A DNA stretch of 64,000 nt from an uncultured Bordetella sp. (GTDB lineage: Bacteria > Pseudomonadota > Gammaproteobacteria > Burkholderiales > Casimicrobiaceae): contig CAYGYQ010000001.1 of the NCBI GenBank assembly GCA_964354035.1, positions 557 through 64,556 on the forward strand, given 5' to 3'. Position numbers and translations under genes: made by a program. How positions within the stretch are numbered: the first letter of the stretch is position 1; the number at the start of each line of letters is the position of its first letter. A model generated the notes under the pieces. That model worked only from the letters and a program-made list of their open reading frames with translations. It ran no database searches and was not told the DNA's origin. Below are positions 1 through 8,034 of the stretch, piece after piece.

Positions 1-384
1 ACCTATAACCGCCAGTACTTCGATCCGATCGGCAAGCAGTCGCAGCTCAAGCAATTCGACCTCTCGTGGCAGCTCCCCGTCAATCCGAACTGGACGCTGC
101 TCGGACGATGGAACTACTCGCTGATCGACAGCAAGACGCTGGAGGCGGTAGCGGGCGTCGAGTACAATGCCGACTGCTGGGCATTGCGGCTCGTCGGTCA
201 GCGCCTGACGACGACTTCGCAGACGACGGCCAATTCAGTCTACCTGCAGATCGAACTGAACGGGCTGGCGCGGTTCGGCACCAATCCGCTCGAGCTCCTG
301 CGCCGCAGCGTCCCCGGCTATCAGCAGACCAACGATCCAACCGTGTCGCCGCGCTTTCGCGATGACGCCTTCCAGGAATATTGA
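1..384 (+). CDS. lptD: LPS-assembly outer-membrane protein LptD, C-terminal end (5' truncated by window edge)
   Basis: Frame +1 is open from base 1 to TGA 382-384. The peptide ...WNYSLIDSKTLEAVAGVEYNADCWALRLVGQR...SVYLQIELNGLARFGTNP looks like the LptD/OstA C-terminal barrel end. It lies immediately upstream of surA, as in lptD-surA operons. Confidence 0.75.
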   Translation, partial: TYNRQYFDPIGKQSQLKQFDLSWQLPVNPNWTLLGRWNYSLIDSKTLEAVAGVEYNADCWALRLVGQRLTTTSQTTANSVYLQIELNGLARFGTNPLELLRRSVPGYQQTNDPTVSPRFRDDAFQEY

Positions 385-392
385 GGTCAGCC

Positions 393-1751
393 ATGCGCAT
401 CTCCCGAACTCCGTCGCCGCTGCTCGCGTGGAGCGCCATGTTGAGCATCGCCGCGTTCGGCATCGGTGCCGCGACTGCGCTTGCCCAGGTGCCGGTTCCC
501 GGCCGCGGCGGTGTATCGCTCGCCGGCGTCGTCCCGCTCGACCGGGTGATCGCAGTCGTCAATGACGAGGCGCTCACGCAATACGACGTCAACGAGCAGA
601 AGCGGGTCGTGCTGGGCCAGATGAAGGCGCAGAGCGTCACGCCGCCCGCGGTCGACGTCCTCGAGAAGCAGGTGCTCGACCGGCTGATCACCGAGCGCGT
701 GCTCCTGCAATATGCGAAGGAAACCGGGATTCGGGTCGACGACACGCAGGTGGAACGCACACTGGCGCGCATCGCCGAGGACAACAAGCTCTCGGCCGAG
801 GATTTCCGCAAGGCGGTGGAACGCGAAGGCATACCCTTCGCCAGGTACCGCTCCGACATCCGGAACGAAATCCTGATCCAGCGCCTGCGGGACCGCGAGG
901 TCGAGGGCCGCGTCAGCGTCAGCGATGCCGAGGTCGACCATCTGCTCGCCACGCTCGAGGCGCAAACGGGCGGCCAGGTCGAGTACCGGCTTGCGCACGT
1001 CCTCGTGCTCGTGCCGGAACAGGCCTCCGCGGAGCAGATCGAAGTGCGGCAGCGCCGCGCGGAAGCCGCGCTGCAGCAGCTGCGAGCAGGCACGGATTTC
1101 GGGCAGGTGGCCGCGAGTTTTTCCGATGCCCCGGATGCCCTGCAGGGCGGCAACCTCGGTTGGCGCTCCCCGGCGCGCCTGCCGACGGTGTTCGCCGAAA
1201 CGGTGGGCAAAATGAAAGCGGGCGAGGTATCCTCTGTGCTCCGTTCAGCGAGCGGCTTTCACATTGTCAAGCTGTTCGAGACGCGTAGCGGCAATGTCTC
1301 GACGGTCATCGAGCAGACGCGCCTGCGGCACATCCTGATCAAGGTCAACGAGACCACGTCGAGCGACGAAGCGAAAGGCAGGATCGATCGGATCAGGGAA
1401 CGCATCGAACTCGGCGCGAAGTTCGAGGATCAGGCCAAGGCGAATTCCGAGGACGCCAGCGCAGCGAAGGGCGGGGACCTGGGCTGGGTCTCGCCCGGCG
1501 ACACGGTGGCCGACTTCGAGCAGGCGATGAATCGCCTGCAGCCCGGCGCGATTTCAGCAGCGGTGCGCACGCCGTTCGGGTGGCACCTGATCCAGGTGCA
1601 GGAGCGGCGCACGCAGGACGTCACGAGCGAGAAGCGGCGCGAGGAGGCCCGGCGGGCGCTGCGGCTGCGCAAGTCCGACGAGGCATTCCAGGAATGGGTG
1701 CGGCAGACGCGCGACCGCGCCTACATCGAGATAAGAGCCGACGAGCGATAG
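393..1751 (+). CDS. surA: Periplasmic chaperone / parvulin PPIase SurA
   Basis: ATG at 393 inside ORF 381-1751. Has a signal peptide (...GAATALAQV) and two parvulin-type motifs (GGNLGWRSP..., GGDLGWVSPGDTVADFEQAM). Follows lptD. Confidence 0.9.
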   Translation: MRISRTPSPLLAWSAMLSIAAFGIGAATALAQVPVPGRGGVSLAGVVPLDRVIAVVNDEALTQYDVNEQKRVVLGQMKAQSVTPPAVDVLEKQVLDRLITERVLLQYAKETGIRVDDTQVERTLARIAEDNKLSAEDFRKAVEREGIPFARYRSDIRNEILIQRLRDREVEGRVSVSDAEVDHLLATLEAQTGGQVEYRLAHVLVLVPEQASAEQIEVRQRRAEAALQQLRAGTDFGQVAASFSDAPDALQGGNLGWRSPARLPTVFAETVGKMKAGEVSSVLRSASGFHIVKLFETRSGNVSTVIEQTRLRHILIKVNETTSSDEAKGRIDRIRERIELGAKFEDQAKANSEDASAAKGGDLGWVSPGDTVADFEQAMNRLQPGAISAAVRTPFGWHLIQVQERRTQDVTSEKRREEARRALRLRKSDEAFQEWVRQTRDRAYIEIRADER

Positions 1752-1776
1752 CCTCCGCGCGAGGCGCCGCGGGGCG

Positions 1777-1900
1777 TTACCTCGAATCCCGGGGCTGCCC
1801 CTGATAGACGTACCCCGTCTGGGGGATGCGACGGATAGGAAGTCCAACCGCACGAGGTGCCTGCTGAGGCTGCGTATCACGGGTAGACGCGGGCGGGCCG
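1777..1900 (-). pseudogene. Decayed partial copy of the DUF3460 gene 3' end
   Basis: Hand translation of the minus strand gives ...TRDTQPQQAPRAVGLPIRRIPQTGYVYQGQPRDSR*. The intact gene at 3672-3878 ends ...KDRKPQLEGEQQQSRALWW...GRVPQAGYVYQGRD*. DNA 1797-1830 matches 3681-3713 at about 24 of 29 aligned positions, and the similarity continues past the stop (aatcccgg). Confidence 0.4.
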
Positions 1901-2055
1901 ACGGGGGGATGGAGTGGTTGTGCGTCGCCGTGGGGGTGTTTTCCCGCGTTGTGCGGGTAACTCGCGCCCGCCGACGTGCACGCCGGCCGCGCATGACGGC
2001 TGCAGGCGCGAGCCCGCCCGTCGCCATGCCAGGACGACGGGCGGTCGACGGTTGA

Positions 2056-2540
2056 CTACCAGGCGACGCGCTGATCGAACTCGTAGTCCGATGCCGGCCG
2101 GGCCTGGGGATCGATCTCGCGCTGCCCTGCGGGCGGCATTTCCCAAAGTGGCGGGCCACGGGCCTGCGCTATGGTGGGTGGCGTGATCGGCTCACCGAGG
2201 TGGGCGAGGATGTCGCAGACGGTCGAAGGGTCGGTGATGAAGGCGATGATCCGCATCTCGGCGCCGCAGAGCGAGCAGCGGAGTGGGAAGACCTCATAGA
2301 TGCGGGCCAACAGCAATGCCCAGGCGTAGCGGGCAGCGCGCCGATGAGCCGGTTCGGCGGCGGGTTCCGGGTTGGGTGCAGGCGGCGAGGTCGTCGCGGC
2401 CAGCGCGAGGGCGGTGACTGCAGCGCGCAAAGGTGAGTTGGGTGCGAGGACGCCGAAGTAGCGGTGGCGGTGGATCCGCGGCGGCGGCACCAGGGCGGCG
2501 AGGCGGTCGATTAGCTCCAGAGGGGTGAGGATCAGCGCGC
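2056..2540 (-). pseudogene. Truncated IS91-family (rolling-circle, Y2) transposase, C-terminal remnant only
   Basis: The C-terminal part of ORF 2056-2904 reads LILTPLELIDRLAALVPPPRIHRHRYFGVLAPNSPLR...YAWALLLARIYEVFPLRCSLCGAEMRIIAFITD...ILAHLGEP...ARGPPLW, typical of IS91/IS801 transposase C-termini. No catalytic N-terminal part is present. Confidence 0.65.
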
Positions 2541-2797
2541 CACGGGCGCCGGGGCCGGGTTTCGGGTGGTCGTAGCTGGACGCAGCGATAGAGCACACTC
2601 TGGCTCGGGCGGCGCGGCCGATACCGCGCCGGTGCGCTGTCCCTGGCCCGGCGCTCGACCTCCATGCCCGCCCCCTGTGCCCCGCGTTGCGGCGTTGGGG
2701 CTCAGGGTGGGCGGCACCGTGTGCCGGCCGCCATTGGCCGCAGGGACTAGGTCGTGCGGCTGAGGTGCGTCGGGGCGATTCGGGTAGAGTTCTATCC

Positions 2798-3331
2798 ATG
2801 CCCCTCTCCCGTCTCGGTAAGCAAATCGCCGAAGTCGCCGCGGCGCTGAACGCGATCAGTGTGGGATTCGCGCTGATCGGTGGTCTGGCGCTCGCATCGC
2901 ACAAAGTGGTCCGCGCGACTCAGGATGTCGATCTGCTGGCGGAGGCGGCAAGGGCCGACGACATCGACGCCCAGCTCACGCAGCTGGGTTATCGCTGCCT
3001 CCATCGCAGCGCGGACGCCGCCAACTATGCGCGCGGCGACGAGCGCGTCGACTTCCTGTACGCGAGCCGCCCCATTGCGCGCCGTCTGCTGGCGAGGGCA
3101 CGGGAGCTCAAGACCGCACTTGGCGACCTTCGCGTCGTCAGCGCGGAAGGGCTGGTCGGCTTCAAGCTCCAGGCGCTCGTCAACGATCCAAGCCGCACGA
3201 GGGATCTCGAGGACATACGCGCGCTCCTGCGCGCCAACCGCGGGACGCTCGACATGGCGGAATTGCGCGGGTATTTTGGGCTCTTTGACCGAGAGGCTCT
3301 GCTCGATGAACTCCTTCGCGAAATCGGTTGA
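2798..3331 (+). CDS. Nucleotidyltransferase-fold protein (minimal NTase, AbiEii/MNT-like)
   Basis: ATG at 2798 within ORF 2687-3331. Carries an NTase-like G-G-x(n)-D-x-D motif (IGGLALASHKVVRATQDVDLL). Sits between two IS91-type remnants. Confidence 0.55.
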   Translation: MPLSRLGKQIAEVAAALNAISVGFALIGGLALASHKVVRATQDVDLLAEAARADDIDAQLTQLGYRCLHRSADAANYARGDERVDFLYASRPIARRLLARARELKTALGDLRVVSAEGLVGFKLQALVNDPSRTRDLEDIRALLRANRGTLDMAELRGYFGLFDREALLDELLREIG

Positions 3332-3491
3332 ATCGCCAATTGCCGCCGAGGGCGGCATCGACTCCCCTCCGCATCTGGAGGAAGACCCCTACCAGGCGCT
3401 CGATGATCTGATGGCTGCCGTCGAGATCCTTTGTCCGGTCTGGCCGCCGCGGGACGCATTCCGAGTGGGCAGCAATCTGTTGCTGTAGACC

Positions 3492-3525
3492 GAACACTTC
3501 GCAGATGCGGGCGAGCAGCGGCGCC
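3492..3525 (-). repeat. Second very short IS91-transposase-like remnant
   Basis: The minus strand encodes ...LAPLLARICEVFGL, resembling ...WALLLARIYEVFPL of the remnant at 2056-2540. DNA 3492-3525 versus 2288-2320 is roughly three-quarters identical by eye. Confidence 0.35.
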
Positions 3526-3671
3526 AGCGACGGAATTCCCGCTCTAAGTACGGCGGCATCGAATCTTCGTCGCCCTCGCGGCATTGGGCGAGCCAGGTCT
3601 CGAGGTACTGCTGCGCGACCGGTCGTGCATCGAGATAAAGATCGACGAGCGGTAGAGCGGTACTGCAGGTC

Positions 3672-3878
3672 CTAATCCCGGCCCTGGTAGACGTATCCCG
3701 CCTGCGGGACGCGGCCTTCGTCCATCTGCGTCGTTGCCGCGAGATCCTTCGGCCGCTTGTCCCACCAGAGCGCCCGGCTCTGCTGCTGTTCGCCCTCGAG
3801 CTGCGGCTTCCTGTCCTTCATCTCCCGAATGAACCGCGTGTGGTCGGACTCGTAGTGGCGGGCGGGAAGCATCGGCAT
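3672..3878 (-). CDS. DUF3460 family small protein
   Basis: 68-aa ORF MPMLPARHYESDHTRFIREMKDRKPQLEGEQQQSRALWWDK... matches my memory of the conserved DUF3460 pattern (Y-ES-D-T-FIR-LK...WWDK). Confidence 0.75.
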   Translation of the reverse strand: MPMLPARHYESDHTRFIREMKDRKPQLEGEQQQSRALWWDKRPKDLAATTQMDEGRVPQAGYVYQGRD

Positions 3879-3925
3879 GTTGGTGGGTCAGGGCGTGAGG
3901 GGGAATGGATGGCAGGCGCATCTTA

Positions 3926-5101
3926 TCATCGCGCGTCCGTCCGGGTCGCTCGCGTGGGGCGTTGCGGCCGCCCGGCCACGAGCTCGAACCGGAACAGGCG
4001 GCACTCGATGGCGCCATTGAAAAGTGGCGTTCGCTTCGAGGGTTTGAGGCCGATGAGCCTGGGCAGGCGCGCATCGCCGGTCAGCAGGCACGCGGTCCAG
4101 CCGGCGAAGTGCTGCTTCAGTGCATCGCCCAGCCTCGGGTAGAACGCTGCGAGGCTGGCTTCGTCGTTCAGCCTGACGCCGTAGGGAGGGTTGGCGACCA
4201 GGAGGCCGGAGGGCCCGGGCGCCGAGCGCGCCAGCACGTCGGCCTCGGCGGTCTCGATCCAGGCGGCGACGCCGGCCGCCGCGGCGTTGCGGCGGCACTG
4301 CGCCACGGCGCGCGGGTCGATGTCGCTCGCGAAGATCAGGGGCGTTGCCGGCGCCGCGCGCATCCGGTCGCGCGCGCGCTGGCGTATGCGTTGCCAGGTC
4401 GGGCCGTCGTACCAGGCGAGCTTCTGAAAGCCGAACGTGCGCTGGAGTCCCGGCGCGAAATCGGCAGCCTGAAGCGCCGCCTCGATCGGAATCGTGCCCG
4501 AGCCGCACATCGGGTCGAGCAACGGCCTGCCGGGAGCCCATCCGCAAAGCGCGAGGACGCCCGCGGCGAGATTCTCGCGCAGCGGCGCAACATCGGCGTC
4601 CCGGCGCCAGCCGCGCTTGAACAGCGCGTCACCCGACGTGTCGAGGTAGAGCGTCGCCTCGCGTTCGGTCAGGTAGGCGTGCACGCGCACGTCCGGCCGC
4701 TCCTTGTCGATCGACGGTCGCCGACCCGAGTCCGCGCGAAACCGGTCGCAGACGGCGTCCTTCACCTTCAGCGTCGCGAACTCGATGCTCGAAAGCGGCG
4801 AGCGTGTGGCCGCCACATCGACGCGCAGCGTGCGCGCGACCGCGAAGTGCCGCCCCCAGGCGACCCCCTTGGCCAGCGCGTAGAGCTCGTCCGTGTCGCG
4901 GTAGCCGCCGTGCGCCACTTGCCAGAGGATCCGGCTCGCGAGACGCGATTCGAGATTGGCATGGTAGGCGAGCTCGATCGGTCCGGCGAACGCGACGCCA
5001 CCCTCCGCCGGAGTGACGAACGCGCCGCCCAGAGCAGTCAGCTCCGCCGCGAGCGCGGCCTCCAGCCCGCGTGGACAGGGAGCGAAGAAGCGCTCGTTCA
5101 C
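3926..5101 (-). CDS. THUMP-domain class I SAM-dependent RNA methyltransferase (RlmL/RlmK-like)
   Basis: 391 aa with a GTG start forming a GTGA overlap with the upstream permease stop. Motifs: LLDPMCGSGTIPIEAA (SAM binding) and LLVANPPYGVR (NPPY). Confidence 0.85.
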   Translation of the reverse strand: MNERFFAPCPRGLEAALAAELTALGGAFVTPAEGGVAFAGPIELAYHANLESRLASRILWQVAHGGYRDTDELYALAKGVAWGRHFAVARTLRVDVAATRSPLSSIEFATLKVKDAVCDRFRADSGRRPSIDKERPDVRVHAYLTEREATLYLDTSGDALFKRGWRRDADVAPLRENLAAGVLALCGWAPGRPLLDPMCGSGTIPIEAALQAADFAPGLQRTFGFQKLAWYDGPTWQRIRQRARDRMRAAPATPLIFASDIDPRAVAQCRRNAAAAGVAAWIETAEADVLARSAPGPSGLLVANPPYGVRLNDEASLAAFYPRLGDALKQHFAGWTACLLTGDARLPRLIGLKPSKRTPLFNGAIECRLFRFELVAGRPQRPTRATRTDAR

Positions 5102-5886
5102 CGCAGCAGCCGCCGGCGAGTCAGCACCAGCGCGACGTAGAAAGCGGTGCCGGCGTATCCGGCGAGCACGGCGAGATGCAGCAGGATGTCCGACGGCACG
5201 CTGTCCATCGCCAGCGGGCGGGCGATATCGATGGCGTGCTTGAGCGGAAGCAGATTCGCGATTGTCTGCAGCGCGACCGGCATCTGCGCGACGGGAAAGA
5301 AGACGCCCGAGAGCAGCAGTCCCGGAGTGAGCACCAGCGTGAAGAAATAGGTGAAGAAGTCATAACCCGGCGCGACCGCGGTCATCACCAGGCCGAGCGC
5401 GCCGAAGGTGAGTCCGACGAGGAATCCCAGCGGGATGATCCACAGCGCGAGCCAGGAATGCCCGTAGCCCAGCCCCACGATCACGGCGAGAATGGCGGCG
5501 GTCGACAGCACCGCCTTCGACGCCGCCCAGATCCACTCGGCGAACACCACGTCGTCGAGGGAAACCGGCGCGTTGATGATCGCGTCCCAGGTTCGCTGCA
5601 CGTGCATCCGCGAGAAGGCCGAATACATCGCCTCGAAGCTCGCCGTGAACATCGCGGCCTGGCACACCATCCCGGTGCCGATGAAGGCGATGTATGTCAT
5701 GCCGCCGACTTCCGGCACGAACACGCCGATCCCGAAGCCAAGCGCCACCATGTACAGCAGCGGATCCGCGATGTTGCCGAGCACGCTCGCGAACGCGAGC
5801 TTGCGCCAGACGAGCTGGTTGCGGCGCCAGACCGCGGTCCAGGAGCGCGAGAGTTCGGGTGGTCGCAGCAGAGTGGAAAGCATCAT
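5098..5886 (-). CDS. ABC-2 type exporter permease (NodJ-like)
   Basis: 262 aa, polytopic and hydrophobic. Directly downstream of the NodI-like ATPase. Confidence 0.8.
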   Translation of the reverse strand: MMLSTLLRPPELSRSWTAVWRRNQLVWRKLAFASVLGNIADPLLYMVALGFGIGVFVPEVGGMTYIAFIGTGMVCQAAMFTASFEAMYSAFSRMHVQRTWDAIINAPVSLDDVVFAEWIWAASKAVLSTAAILAVIVGLGYGHSWLALWIIPLGFLVGLTFGALGLVMTAVAPGYDFFTYFFTLVLTPGLLLSGVFFPVAQMPVALQTIANLLPLKHAIDIARPLAMDSVPSDILLHLAVLAGYAGTAFYVALVLTRRRLLR

Positions 5887-5961
5887 GTCGCCAGGTATTC
5901 GTTGGCCGGATTACAGGGGTCCGCTCGCGCGGCCATGCGTTGCCCGATGCAAGGCGGATCT

Positions 5962-6930
5962 TCAGTCGCGCAGCTCGCGGCCGGTGAGCTTGATGAACAG
6001 GTCCTCGAGGTTCGCCGGTCGGTGCAAATAGCGCACCCCGTGCGCATCCCCCAGCGCCAACAGCAGCGGGCGCGCATCGTGCGCATAGCAGAAGGCGGTC
6101 TCGCCGGTCATCTCGAGGCGCGCCGCAAGGCCGCGACCCTGCGCCTCGGCCCACGCCCTCGCGTCGTCGCCGTAGACCTCGATCACTTCGGGCTCGACAT
6201 GGGCGGCGATCAGCGCGCGCGGCGTATCGGCGGCGATCAGCGTGCCGTGGTCGAGCACCGCGAGCCGCGTGGCAAGGCGCTCGGCCTCGTCCATGAAATG
6301 CGTCGTCAGCAGGATCGTCTTGCCTTGCGACAACAACTGCCGGAGGCCGTCCCAGATCAGGTGCCGCGCCTGTGGATCGAGCCCGGTCGTCGGCTCGTCG
6401 AGGATGAGGAGCTCGGGGTCGTTGATGAGCGCGCGCGCCAGGGTAAGGCGGCGCTTCATCCCGCCCGACAGCGTGCGCAGGTTCGTCGCGCCACGTTTGT
6501 CGAGCCCCGCGAATTCGAGCAGCGCGGGTATGCGCGCCGCGAGCGTCGCCGGATCGATTCCGAAGTAGCGGCCATAGACCTGCAGGTTCTCGGTGACGGT
6601 GAAATCGGGGTCCAGGTTGTCCTGCTGGGGCACGACGCCCACGCGCAGCCGCGCTTTGCGCGCCGCCTGCGGCACGCGCTCGCCAACCATTTCGATGGTG
6701 CCACCGTCGGGATGGATGAGCCCGAGGCAGCAGCGCAGCGTCGTGGTCTTGCCGGCGCCATTGGGACCGAGCAGTCCGAAGCATTCGCCGCGGCGGATCG
6801 CGAAGGACAGGCCGCGCACGACTTCATTCGCGCCATAGAATTTCCTGAGCTCGGTGACGCGCAGGACGACATCCGCAGCCGGCACCGAGCGCGGACGGGT
6901 CTCGGGCAGCCGTTGCGCCGTATCAGGCAC
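5962..6930 (-). CDS. ABC transporter ATP-binding protein (NodI-like)
   Basis: Walker A GPNGAGKTT, signature LSGGMKRR, Walker B LLILDEPT. Start set at GTG 6930, overlapping the stop of the upstream hydrolase. The longer ORF reaching 7509 is a shadow over that gene. Confidence 0.85.
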   Translation of the reverse strand: MPDTAQRLPETRPRSVPAADVVLRVTELRKFYGANEVVRGLSFAIRRGECFGLLGPNGAGKTTTLRCCLGLIHPDGGTIEMVGERVPQAARKARLRVGVVPQQDNLDPDFTVTENLQVYGRYFGIDPATLAARIPALLEFAGLDKRGATNLRTLSGGMKRRLTLARALINDPELLILDEPTTGLDPQARHLIWDGLRQLLSQGKTILLTTHFMDEAERLATRLAVLDHGTLIAADTPRALIAAHVEPEVIEVYGDDARAWAEAQGRGLAARLEMTGETAFCYAHDARPLLLALGDAHGVRYLHRPANLEDLFIKLTGRELRD

Positions 6931-7567
6931 CGGGAACCACCGGATGCCCGTGCCACATCCCGGCGATCGTGCGTTGCAGCCGCGGCAGCCGGCCGTGGAA
7001 GAAATGGCCGCAACCCGGGAACACGACGACCGGCAGCTCCTGCGGCCGCGCCCAGGCGAACACTTCCGCCAACGGCACAACGTCGTCCTCTTCGCCGTGG
7101 ATGACGATCGTGTCGGCGGGCAGGGGCGCGGGGGCGAAGCGCCGCACCGCGGGTCCCACCAGCACCAGCCGCTCGGCGGCCACTGACCGGGCGAGTTCGG
7201 TCTGCACGTAGGTTCCGAACGAGAAACCGGCGAGCACGACGGGCAGGGTGTCCGTCCGCGGGTCGAAGCGAGCCCGCGCGTGCGCGAGCGCCGCGAGCGC
7301 GTCGGCGGTCTCGCCGGCGCCATCGTCAAAGGTGCCCTGGGAGCGTCCGACGCCGCGGAAATTGAAGCGTACGGCAATGTAGCCGAGCGCGAAGAACGTC
7401 CTCGCCAGCGTCTGCGCCACCTTGTTGTCGAGCGTGCCCCCCTGCAGCGGATGCGGATGCGCGACCAGGGCGATGCCGCGCGGCGTGAGCGCGGGAACGT
7501 AGAGCGCAATTTCCAGCGCCCCGGCAGGGCCGTCGATCGTGCCGCGCTCGGTCGTCTTCGGCGTCAA
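6923..7567 (-). CDS. Alpha/beta hydrolase
   Basis: 214 aa with G-x-S-x-G nucleophile elbow (AGFSFGT) and a late GCGHFFHG motif. Confidence 0.7.
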   Translation of the reverse strand: MTPKTTERGTIDGPAGALEIALYVPALTPRGIALVAHPHPLQGGTLDNKVAQTLARTFFALGYIAVRFNFRGVGRSQGTFDDGAGETADALAALAHARARFDPRTDTLPVVLAGFSFGTYVQTELARSVAAERLVLVGPAVRRFAPAPLPADTIVIHGEEDDVVPLAEVFAWARPQELPVVVFPGCGHFFHGRLPRLQRTIAGMWHGHPVVPGA

Positions 7568-7872
7568 ATGCGCAGCCTCTCGACGATCTCGCCCTTGAGG
7601 ACGTGCCGGTCGATGATCTCGTCGATGTCGGCACTATCCACATAGGTGTACCAGACCGCATCGGGGTAGATGACGAGCACCGGGCCCTCGTCGCAGCGAT
7701 CGAGGCAACCGGCCTGGTTGATCCGCACCTTGCCCTTGCCGTTCAGACCGAGCGCCTTGATGCGCGCCTTGGCGTAGGCCCGCAGGTCCGCGGCGCCGTG
7801 ATTGGCGCAGCACGCCTCGGGGGCCGCGCGCTGGTTGCAGCAGAAGAAGACGTGGCGTTGGTAGTGACTCAT
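7564..7872 (-). CDS. Thioredoxin-like [2Fe-2S] ferredoxin
   Basis: 102 aa with Cys clusters FFCCNQR...CCANHG...AGCLDRCDEGP. Confidence 0.8.
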   Translation of the reverse strand: MSHYQRHVFFCCNQRAAPEACCANHGAADLRAYAKARIKALGLNGKGKVRINQAGCLDRCDEGPVLVIYPDAVWYTYVDSADIDEIIDRHVLKGEIVERLRI

Positions 7873-7987
7873 GGCGGAGTGGAACGTAGGGCGGCGCGGC
7901 CCGGCCGCGCGGCGGCCGCGTCGAGGGCGCGCGAAAGATTATAGCGGACGACCGCTTCGCCCCCGGGGCGCGCCGACTTGGCTCCGA

Positions 7988-7993
7988 TATAAT
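7988..7993 (+). promoter_or_regulatory. Candidate -10 box (TATAAT) upstream of msbA
   Basis: Perfect TATAAT 42 nt upstream of the msbA start. Embedded in CTCCGATATAATC, which recurs upstream of waaL. No convincing -35 box. Confidence 0.25.
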
Positions 7994-8034
7994 CGTCCGG
8001 TCCCTTCCCGGGGACGGCACGGCCGCGCTCTCCC

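Noticed and set aside
1771-1800. tRNA-like T-arm sequence (ctcgaatccc).
   Set aside because: No acceptor stem, anticodon arm or cloverleaf can be built around it. The region is better explained as the decayed DUF3460 gene end.
3306-3488. HEPN toxin partner for the NTase gene.
   Set aside because: It is only 60 aa, has no R-x4-6-H motif, and ends directly against an IS91 remnant. It may be a spurious or truncated ORF, so it is not listed as a feature.
5962-7509. 515-aa ORF suggesting a much longer ABC ATPase.
   Set aside because: The N-terminal ~195 residues are Arg/Ser/Pro-rich and overlap the alpha/beta hydrolase gene in another frame. GTG 6930 gives a normal-length NodI-like ATPase with an overlap typical of coupled genes.
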